In this document: positions 21,995 through 29,838 of the stretch, one piece after another
How positions within the stretch are numbered: position 1 is the first letter of the stretch
Layout: every line of letters begins with the position of its first letter
Assembly: GCA_947502305.1 (NCBI GenBank)
Contig: CANMZA010000002.1
Coordinates: 275,041 to 339,040 of the forward strand
DNA length: 64,000 bases
Source of the DNA: an uncultured Erythrobacter sp.
GTDB taxonomy: Bacteria; Pseudomonadota; Alphaproteobacteria; Sphingomonadales; Sphingomonadaceae
Direction: 5' to 3'
Translations under genes and position numbers: made by a program
The notes under the pieces: generated by a model
The model's input: only the letters and a program-made list of their open reading frames with translations
Told to the model about the DNA's origin: nothing
The model's database searches: none

Positions 21995-24172
21995 TCAATC
22001 GAACCCGACGCCGATTGGCCAACGCGGCCCGCAAACGCCCAAGACTTTGAAAAGCAAGCCCATCTGAGAATCGTCCACCAATCGGTCATATTGGCGTTTC
22101 AATTTATCCGCCTCGGCTGGGTTTTTGCGGGCCAGCGCCTCGTGCCGAACATCAATGCCCATTTGCCGCAGCCATTCGCCCTGCATTTGCAGGCCCATCA
22201 CATCTGCGCCGTTTTTCTTGGCAATATCACTCAGCAATTCAAAATCGACATGAGCCGTCAGATCCGCCTCACCCGGATGGGCCAAAGCATCGACTTTCTC
22301 ATGATCGCGTAGCGCCTGGAGAGTGGAGCCCGCGCGCAATTCAAACGCGCCATAATCGATAATCAGCGCCGCGCCGCCTTGCTCTTTGAGCCGCTGCGCG
22401 ATTTCCGTCATCACGGCCACCGCCGCCGGGCTGGTTTCGATCATCGTGCCTTGCGATGCGCTCTTCCAGCTTTTGGGGACGATCATATCCATTGGCTTGT
22501 CGCCCGCGACAAAGACCAGATCATCCCCTTCCAATCCGACCATCCGTTCATGCCAACCATCAGCAGAACGAACGAGTTGGTGAATCGGCAGCGCATCGAA
22601 AAATTCATTGCCAACGATCAAAAGCGGCGCGTCTGTCGGCAAAGTTGAAGCGTCATCGTGATGCACGGCATCGGGGAATTTCTCGCTCTGCAACTTACGC
22701 AAGGCGTGGGATGTTTCGACAAAATGCACTTGCGGTTCAAATTCATACCGCGCCGCCGTGCGCAGCGCATCGCCCGCCAAAGTGCCGCGCCCGGGACCCA
22801 ATTCAACATAATGGATACGCTTGCGCGCACCCATCCGCACCCAGAGATCGGCAAACCACAGCCCGATTAATTCGCCAAACATCTGGCTGATCTCGGGGGC
22901 AGTGATAAAATCGCCGTCTTCGCCCAGCGGATCGCGGCTGGTGTAATAGCGCGCATTGCTCTCCGCCATGAAATGCGTGAGGCTGATCGGGCCGGTTTCG
23001 CGGATGAGGCGGCGGAAAACCTTGCCCAAATCCTTGTTCTTTTCGGCCAAGGCGGCGGCGGCTTTCGCGTCTGCCTGCTCTTTTGCTTTGGCTGCTGCTT
23101 TGGCTTTTTGGGCCTTTTTGGCGGCCTCTTGGGCGGCTTTTTCTGCGGCCTCGTCTTCTTTGGCCTTTCTGTCCGCCTCCGCCGCTGCAGCTGCGCGGGC
23201 AGCCGCCTCTTTTTTGGCTCGTTTCTCTGCCGCTAGCTTGGCTGCTTTTTCCGCTGCCGCCTTCTCCGCCGCTGCTTTCTCTGCGGCGGCTTTGGCAGCG
23301 GCAGCCTGAGCGGCTTCCTCTTTGGCTTTCTTTTCTGCGGCGGCTTTCGCCTTTGCCTCAGCTTCGGCTTTTTTCTTCGCTTTGGCTTCGGCTTCTTTTT
23401 TGGCTTTTGCTTCGGCGAGCGCTTTCGCCTTTGCTGCTGCCTCTGCCTCAGCGTGCGCCTTGGCTTCTGCTGCCTTTTTCGCGTCGGCCTCTTTTTTGGC
23501 TTTGGCCTCGGCTTCTGCCTTGGCTTTTGCCTCTGCTTCCTTGCGTGCGCGCTCTACGGCCAATGCCTTGGCTTTTTCCTCGGCCTCTCGCTTGGCCTGT
23601 TCTTCAGCCTCACGCTTAGCATTGGCCTCCGCTTCGCGGCGGGCTTTGTCTTCGGCTTCCTTCTTCGCCTTCGCCTCTGCCAGAGCCTTGGCTTTAGCTT
23701 TGGCCGCTGCCTCTGCTTTTGCCTTTTCCGCTGCTTCGGCTTTCGCTTTTTCTTCGGCGAGACGCCGCGCTTCTTCTTCCGCTTTGGCTTTTGCTTTTGC
23801 CGCGGCTTCCGCTTCCTCGCGGGCGCGTTTTTCTGCCGCGGCTTTTTCCGCTGCGGCGGTTGCGGCTGCCGCAGCTTCTGCCTCCGCTTTGGCTTGCGCC
23901 GCTGCCTGCTCTTCCGCTTCCAATGCCGCTAAAGCACGCGCTTCCGCGTCAGCCGCGCGCACAGGCACTACGTCACCATAAGGGACGTGTGTGACGCCCC
24001 CATCGGCATCGATCAGACACAGGGCGCTGACCCTCGATGGGCGCAGCGTTATAACGCCAAGCGAGGAGCTTACGCCGCCTCGGGCGCCGCGTTTCCGGTC
24101 CCCACGGGTTTCCTCGTCACGGCGTAGATCGTGACAATCAATCCAATCAATATCAGCGGTATTGTCAGCCAT
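21995..24172 (-). CDS. MidA/NDUFAF7-type (DUF185) SAM-dependent methyltransferase with a roughly 380-residue N-terminal extension dominated by an Ala/Glu/Lys-rich low-complexity region
   Basis: A single uninterrupted 725-codon ORF. The C-terminal 345 aa (21998-23032) carry DUF185 hallmarks (GPISLTHFMAESN, DFITAPEISQMFGEL, YVELGPGRGTLAGD, GNEFFDALP). Residues 73-380 or so (23033-23956) are almost only A, E, K and R. The first 34 codons overlap lgt. The true start is unresolved. Confidence 0.7.
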   Translation of the reverse strand: MADNTADIDWIDCHDLRRDEETRGDRKRGARGGVSSSLGVITLRPSRVSALCLIDADGGVTHVPYGDVVPVRAADAEARALAALEAEEQAAAQAKAEAEAAAAATAAAEKAAAEKRAREEAEAAAKAKAKAEEEARRLAEEKAKAEAAEKAKAEAAAKAKAKALAEAKAKKEAEDKARREAEANAKREAEEQAKREAEEKAKALAVERARKEAEAKAKAEAEAKAKKEADAKKAAEAKAHAEAEAAAKAKALAEAKAKKEAEAKAKKKAEAEAKAKAAAEKKAKEEAAQAAAAKAAAEKAAAEKAAAEKAAKLAAEKRAKKEAAARAAAAAEADRKAKEDEAAEKAAQEAAKKAQKAKAAAKAKEQADAKAAAALAEKNKDLGKVFRRLIRETGPISLTHFMAESNARYYTSRDPLGEDGDFITAPEISQMFGELIGLWFADLWVRMGARKRIHYVELGPGRGTLAGDALRTAARYEFEPQVHFVETSHALRKLQSEKFPDAVHHDDASTLPTDAPLLIVGNEFFDALPIHQLVRSADGWHERMVGLEGDDLVFVAGDKPMDMIVPKSWKSASQGTMIETSPAAVAVMTEIAQRLKEQGGAALIIDYGAFELRAGSTLQALRDHEKVDALAHPGEADLTAHVDFELLSDIAKKNGADVMGLQMQGEWLRQMGIDVRHEALARKNPAEADKLKRQYDRLVDDSQMGLLFKVLGVCGPRWPIGVGFD

Positions 24173-24969
24173 TGGCCCATCGATAGTCCGGTTTCCGCGG
24201 CGAATTCAGCCAATTGTGCATCCGGCTCACGGAAAAATTCGTTAACAAAGCGAGCAATCCCCATGCCCAATGTGAAAATACCTACCAACAGGCCCGCACG
24301 ATAACGCGCCCGCGTCATCCAAAACAGGACCATCATGATAATGAGCAAGGCCAAACCCTCAAGCCCTGCTTGATAGAGCTGGCTGGGGTGCCGCACCATA
24401 CCTGTGGTGGCGCATTCGACGCCCGCGCGCGGCGCACCGTCGCAAAACACCATGCCCCAGGCCACATCGGTTTGGCGGCCCCACAATTCGCCGTTCACAA
24501 AATTGGCAAGCCGCCCAAGCAACATGCCCACCGGCACATTGACGGCGATAAAATCGCACACCCGCAAGAACGACAATTTGCCCCGCCGCGACACCCAAGC
24601 AATTGCGATCAGCACACCGACCAGACCGCCGTGGAAGCTCATGCCCCCTTCCCACAGTTTCAGCACATCCAGAGGATTCGCCCAGATTGAGGGGTTATAG
24701 AAGATCGTATAGCCAATCCGTCCGCCCAAAATCACACCCAAAGTGCAATAGAAAAACAGATCATCAGCATGCCGCTGAGCCATTGGCGCGCCGGGCGATT
24801 TGATCATCCGGCTGAGGTGCCAATAGGCAAACATGACCCCGATCAAATAAGCGAGCGAGTAGAAGCGCAATTGGAAGCTGCCGACCTCAAAAAGGTAGGA
24901 CCTCAGACCCAGCTCAGACCATAAAATCGGATCGGCGATGCCGCCGCTTGCAGCAAGTAGTGACAGCAC
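24070..24969 (-). CDS. lgt: prolipoprotein diacylglyceryl transferase
   Basis: 299 aa polytopic membrane protein. Lgt motifs present: YGLMYxxG-like LAYLIGVMFAYW, GGRIGY, WEGGMSFHGGLVG, HPSQLYQ. Confidence 0.93.
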   Translation of the reverse strand: MLSLLAASGGIADPILWSELGLRSYLFEVGSFQLRFYSLAYLIGVMFAYWHLSRMIKSPGAPMAQRHADDLFFYCTLGVILGGRIGYTIFYNPSIWANPLDVLKLWEGGMSFHGGLVGVLIAIAWVSRRGKLSFLRVCDFIAVNVPVGMLLGRLANFVNGELWGRQTDVAWGMVFCDGAPRAGVECATTGMVRHPSQLYQAGLEGLALLIIMMVLFWMTRARYRAGLLVGIFTLGMGIARFVNEFFREPDAQLAEFAAETGLSMGQWLTIPLILIGLIVTIYAVTRKPVGTGNAAPEAA

Positions 24970-25181
24970 GAAAGGAACCTCTTAGTAAACAGCACAAGTC
25001 CGAAGGCGCACACCGGTTAAGACCGTGTGCCTATCGGCGGTTTTAACGTGCTTTGGCACAGCCGAGACTTTGGGGGAACCCTCGCTATCGGTGATGCATT
25101 TGCACCGGAGAGGCTCTTTCATAAAAGAGCGCCGAGAGAAAAAGTCGCAAATTAGCGGCGAGACGAAGGAGAGAATATCGC

Positions 25182-26900
25182 ATGCCCACACAGCTGGACA
25201 CTGCTCTAGAGGCGATCATGGTGGAAATGACCAAAGAGGGTCAGCCATTCCACACCACACCGACCACAATTGGCGGCGTGGAAATGCCCGCTTTCACAGT
25301 AGCACCGCCCACGCTCGCGCATTATTTTGCGCATTTCTGCAATGAACACAAAGATGTGCCCTTCATCGTCGATGGCGATTTGCGCATGACTTTCGGCGAA
25401 ACCTACGCCGCTGCTATGAGTGTTGCAGAAGGGTTAGTGACCAAACACGGTGTGGAAAAAGGCGACCGGGTCGGGATTGCGGCGCGCAATTCTGCAAACT
25501 GGATGATCGCTTATATGGGCATCGCGATGGCTGGCGGCTGTGTCACTTTGCTCAACGGTTTTTGGTCGGGCGATGAACTGGCTTACGGCATCCGTCTGGC
25601 GGAATGCAAAATCGTCCTCGCCGATGCGGGCCGGGCAAAGCGGCTTGAGGGCACCGAACATTCTGCAAAACTGGTGATGATTGAGCACAGCGCCCCGCAC
25701 GAAGGTCTCTCTAACGTATGGGCGGCCCCTGCCGATCAAGCGAGCAGCGTCGCTATGACGATGCTGGGTCAGCTTGGCCCGGATGACCTGTCGACCATTC
25801 TCTACACGTCGGGTTCGACCGGTCAGTCAAAGGGTGCCTATTCCGATCACCGCGGCGTTGTTGCGGGTGTGATGAATTATGTCGCGCAAAGTGCGATGGC
25901 CAAAGTGCTGCTCGAAAGCCAAGGCCAAGATGTCAGCGCGCAGCCTTGCGCTCTGGTTGCGGTGCCGCTGTTCCATGTCACCGGCGAAGTGCCCTTGTTC
26001 CTGCAATCCTATGCGATTGCGCGCAAATTGGTGTTGATGCCCAAATGGGATGGGCTTGAGGCTCTGCGCCTGATGGATGCGGAAAAAGTCACCTATTTCG
26101 TTGGCGTGCCGCTGATGAGTTACGAAATGGCGACGCATCCTGAGCGCGCAAAATTCGACCTTTCGGCGTGTAAGAGCTTCGCCGCTGGCGGCGCACCGCG
26201 CCCGCTGGAACATGTGACCAAAATCAAAGAAGCGTTTCCCGGCGGCTTTCCTCTGCTTGGATACGGCCTCACTGAAACCAACGCGGTCGGCTGCGGCAAT
26301 TTCAATGAAAACTATCTCGCCAAACCGGGATCGACCGGTAAGGGCTCCAAACCTTTGGTCGAAATTGCGATCCTCGACGATGATGGCAATCACATGGCCC
26401 AAGGCGATGTGGGCGAGGTTTGCATCCGCTCGGTCGCCAATTTCCGCGGCTATTGGAACAATGAAGACGCCACGCGCGATGCTTTCACCGATGATCAATT
26501 CTTCCGCACCGGTGATCTGGGCTATCTCGACGAAGACGAATATCTCTACATCGTCGATCGCAAGAAGGACATTATCATTCGCGGCGGAGAGAACATCTCC
26601 TGCATCGAAGTGGAAGATGCTGTCTATGCGCATGACGATGTGGCGGAATGCTCTGTCTTTGGATTGCCAGATGACCGGATGGGCGAAGTGCCCGCGACCA
26701 TTTTCCGCCTGAAAGAAGGGCGCGATGCGATGGATGCGGCGGGCTTGCGTGAATTTCTACTGTCGCGGATCGCCCCGTTTAAAGTTCCGTTGGAGCAGCA
26801 TATCTGGGTAACGGATGAAGTTCTGCCGCGCCTCGGCACGCAAAAAATCGACAAGAAAAGCCTGCGCGCGAAATACACCGAACTGGTGGCTTCGGCTTAA
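25182..26900 (+). CDS. AMP-dependent acyl-CoA synthetase/ligase (class I adenylate-forming enzyme)
   Basis: 572 aa. Motifs LYTSGSTGQSKG, GYGLTET, TGDLGYLDEDEY, IIRGGENIS. SD GAAGGAGAG upstream. Confidence 0.88.
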   Translation: MPTQLDTALEAIMVEMTKEGQPFHTTPTTIGGVEMPAFTVAPPTLAHYFAHFCNEHKDVPFIVDGDLRMTFGETYAAAMSVAEGLVTKHGVEKGDRVGIAARNSANWMIAYMGIAMAGGCVTLLNGFWSGDELAYGIRLAECKIVLADAGRAKRLEGTEHSAKLVMIEHSAPHEGLSNVWAAPADQASSVAMTMLGQLGPDDLSTILYTSGSTGQSKGAYSDHRGVVAGVMNYVAQSAMAKVLLESQGQDVSAQPCALVAVPLFHVTGEVPLFLQSYAIARKLVLMPKWDGLEALRLMDAEKVTYFVGVPLMSYEMATHPERAKFDLSACKSFAAGGAPRPLEHVTKIKEAFPGGFPLLGYGLTETNAVGCGNFNENYLAKPGSTGKGSKPLVEIAILDDDGNHMAQGDVGEVCIRSVANFRGYWNNEDATRDAFTDDQFFRTGDLGYLDEDEYLYIVDRKKDIIIRGGENISCIEVEDAVYAHDDVAECSVFGLPDDRMGEVPATIFRLKEGRDAMDAAGLREFLLSRIAPFKVPLEQHIWVTDEVLPRLGTQKIDKKSLRAKYTELVASA

Positions 26901-26954
26901 CACGCCTGCTCAGCACCACGCGGTGTTGCAGGCCTAGGAATTGAAAGGGATGCG

Positions 26955-29732
26955 ATGACTGACTGGAGCCTGCCCAGTCGGCGCGTCCCGCGCCAACGAG
27001 CAATTTTCGACCGGCGCGCGGTGATGGGCGAAATCAGCGCGCTGGCCGAAGAGCTAGCGGGCGATAAATCGCGTCCCGCGGCGCTCAAGCTGCTGCAAGC
27101 CGCGCTTGAACAAGGGCGCGGCGAATTGGAGCGGCGCCTGACGGAAAAACCGTCTGCCGGGCATGAAATCACGCTTGGCTATGCGTTCCTCACCGATCAA
27201 TTGATCCGCGTGATCCATGATTACGTGACCGCTTACGTCTTCCCGGCTGGCAATCGGACCACAGCCGAACGGCTCGCCGTGCTGGCGGTGGGCGGATATG
27301 GCCGCGCAGAAATGGCGCCGCATTCTGATGTCGACATTGCCTTTATCACGCCGATGAAACGGTCGCCATGGTGCGAGCAAGTGATCGAGGCCATGCTCTA
27401 TATGATGTGGGATCTGGGGCTGAAAGTTGGCCATTCCAGCCGCACAGTCGCCGACACGATGCGGATGGCGAAAGAGGATCTGACGATTCGCACAGCCTTG
27501 CTCGAAGGGCGGCTGGTGTGGGGGGATCAGGATGTTTATGCCGAATTGCGTCAGCGGTTCTGGGCCGAAGTGGTCAAAGGCAGCGAGCGCAAATTCCTCA
27601 CGCAGAAATTGGAAGAACGCAATCTGCGTCACAAACGCATGGGCGATAGCCGCTATGTCGTTGAACCCAATGTGAAAGAGGGCAAAGGCGGATTGCGCGA
27701 TTTGCAGACCTTATATTGGATCGGCAAATATATGCACCGCGTCGACAGCGCCGCGCAATTGGTCGATGTCGATCTGCTAACCCGCAGCGAATATCGCAGC
27801 TTCCGCCGGGCAGAAGGTTTCTTGCTCGCGGTGCGGTCTCACATGCATATCTTGACCGACAGGCCAGAGGATCGTCTGACCTTTGATCTGCAACGCCAAG
27901 TGGCGGAGCGCATGAATTTCGCCGACCGGCCGGGCAAGAGCGCGGTCGAACGCTTCATGCAGTATTATTTCATGCAAGCGAAACGGGTCGGCAGCTTAAC
28001 CGGCATCTTCTTGTCTCACCTCGACGCGGAATATGCGAAAAAGCGCGCTCGCAGCGGATTTTTCGCGGGATGGTCGGCAAAACCGCGCATCGTCAAAGGC
28101 TATCTCGTCGAAGGTGGGCGGATCAAAGCGCCGCGTGACCGCTGGTTTGCCGATGATCCCGTGCGCCTGATTGAATTGTTTCAATTGGCAGAGGCAGAAG
28201 GGTTGGAAGTGCACCCGGAAACCATGCGTCAGGCGGATCGCGATTCCAAATTGATCGGCAAAAAAGTGCGCAAAGATGCACGCGCCAATGCGCTGTTTCT
28301 GGAATTGCTGGGCGGGCGCAATGATCCAGAGAACGCCCTTCGCTGGATGAATGAAGCGGGCGTTTTCGGGCGGTTCGTGCCCGATTTTGGCCGGGTCAAT
28401 GCTCAGATGCAATTCGACATGTATCACCATTACACCGTCGATGAACACACGATCCGCGCGATCGGCTTGCTCAGCCAGATTGAGCGCGGTTTGCTCGAGG
28501 ATGACCACCCCCGCGCGACCAAGCAGATCCACCGGGTCGCCTCGCGCCGGGCGCTCTATGTCGCGGTGTTGCTGCATGACATTGCCAAGGGGCGCGGCGG
28601 CGACCATTCGGTTTTGGGCGCGGATGTTGCCGGGCGGCTTTGCCCGCGTTTTGGCCTCGATGATAAAGAGACCAAGCTGGTCCAATGGTTGGTGCTTCAA
28701 CATTTGCTGATGAGCTCCACAGCGCAAAAACGCGACCTGACCGACCCCAAAACGATTGAGGATTTTATCGGCGAGGTGAAATCCGTCGACCGCCTGCGCA
28801 ATCTCGCAATTTTGACGGCCGTTGATATTCGCGCCGTGGGTCCGGGAACTTGGAACAGTTGGAAAGGGCAATTGCTCGGCGAATTGTACGATGCCGCGCA
28901 AGAACGATTGCGGCTGGGCCATAAACGCAAAGGGCGCAGCGCGCAGGTCGATGCCAAGAAAGCAGGCGTTGCTGAGAGCTTGGGCAAAGACGCTGGGCTG
29001 GTAAAAGACGCAGGCGGCTTGCTGGGCGATGCCTATTGGATAGCAGAACCAGAAGACATCATCGCCAAGAACCTGGTTCAATTTGCAGAGGCGCAGCAGA
29101 CCGGCGAAAACCTATCCATCCATTGCGAAGTCGACGAAGAACGCGGCGCCACTCTCGTCAGTGTCATCGCCGCCGACCATCCCGGCCTTTTTTACCGCAT
29201 CGCAGGCGGCATCCATTTGGCCGGAGCGAACATCATTGATGCACGCATTCACACCGCAATGAATGGCTATGCAATTGACAATTTCCTGGTTCAGGATCTG
29301 CACGAGAACCCGCTAAGCGAAGCGCCCCAGATTGAGCGTCTGAAGAAAGGCATCCGCGATGCTTTGATGGCCAATGTCGAATTGGTGCCAAAGCTCGCCG
29401 CGCGGCCTTTGTCGCATTCCCGCGCGAAGGCCTTCCCCGTCGCGCCAACGGTCAATTTTGACAACAACGCCTCCAACCACTTCACCGTTATAGAAGTGAC
29501 AGCACGGGATCGTCCGGCACTGCTCAACCGGCTTTCCTATGCGCTGTATAAAGCCAATTTGATTGTGCAATCCGCGCATATCACCGCCTATGGCGAAAGC
29601 GCGGCGGATACATTTTACGTCACCGACCTGACCGGCGCGAAAGTGACCGCGACGGAACGGTTGAGCGAGATCGAAGCCGCCTTGCTGGGTGCGGCGAGCG
29701 ACAAGCGTCAACGCGAACACGAAGAGGCCTAA
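26955..29732 (+). CDS. glnD: [protein-PII] uridylyltransferase/uridylyl-removing enzyme
   Basis: 925 aa. Nucleotidyltransferase motif GGYGRAEMAPHSDVD. HD domain (HHYTVDEHT ... LLHDIAKG). Two C-terminal ACT-like domains. Confidence 0.95.
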   Translation: MTDWSLPSRRVPRQRAIFDRRAVMGEISALAEELAGDKSRPAALKLLQAALEQGRGELERRLTEKPSAGHEITLGYAFLTDQLIRVIHDYVTAYVFPAGNRTTAERLAVLAVGGYGRAEMAPHSDVDIAFITPMKRSPWCEQVIEAMLYMMWDLGLKVGHSSRTVADTMRMAKEDLTIRTALLEGRLVWGDQDVYAELRQRFWAEVVKGSERKFLTQKLEERNLRHKRMGDSRYVVEPNVKEGKGGLRDLQTLYWIGKYMHRVDSAAQLVDVDLLTRSEYRSFRRAEGFLLAVRSHMHILTDRPEDRLTFDLQRQVAERMNFADRPGKSAVERFMQYYFMQAKRVGSLTGIFLSHLDAEYAKKRARSGFFAGWSAKPRIVKGYLVEGGRIKAPRDRWFADDPVRLIELFQLAEAEGLEVHPETMRQADRDSKLIGKKVRKDARANALFLELLGGRNDPENALRWMNEAGVFGRFVPDFGRVNAQMQFDMYHHYTVDEHTIRAIGLLSQIERGLLEDDHPRATKQIHRVASRRALYVAVLLHDIAKGRGGDHSVLGADVAGRLCPRFGLDDKETKLVQWLVLQHLLMSSTAQKRDLTDPKTIEDFIGEVKSVDRLRNLAILTAVDIRAVGPGTWNSWKGQLLGELYDAAQERLRLGHKRKGRSAQVDAKKAGVAESLGKDAGLVKDAGGLLGDAYWIAEPEDIIAKNLVQFAEAQQTGENLSIHCEVDEERGATLVSVIAADHPGLFYRIAGGIHLAGANIIDARIHTAMNGYAIDNFLVQDLHENPLSEAPQIERLKKGIRDALMANVELVPKLAARPLSHSRAKAFPVAPTVNFDNNASNHFTVIEVTARDRPALLNRLSYALYKANLIVQSAHITAYGESAADTFYVTDLTGAKVTATERLSEIEAALLGAASDKRQREHEEA

Positions 29733-29838
29733 ATACAACACTCAGCGGACTGGAAAACCCGTTCGTCAGGAAGATAGGTTGCATTGGCGTGACTCAAATG
29801 TCAGGGGCCGGTTCCCCGAATTCAGGAGAGACACTGAA

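Noticed and set aside
22956-23994. Six overlapping plus-strand ORFs (up to 219 aa; Ala/Ser/Phe-rich or Leu/Pro/Trp-rich) across the low-complexity region.
   Set aside because: They exist only because the GCN/GAR/AAR-rich repeat on the minus strand is depleted of stop-codon complements. Their compositions (AFFSAAAFAFASASAFFF…) are not protein-like. The minus frame continues into a bona fide methyltransferase domain.
27996-29081. 361-aa minus-strand ORF inside glnD. A similar case is the 364-aa ORF at 34433-35527, inside ftsK.
   Set aside because: Both are antisense shadow ORFs of highly conserved genes, with biased composition and no recognisable motifs.
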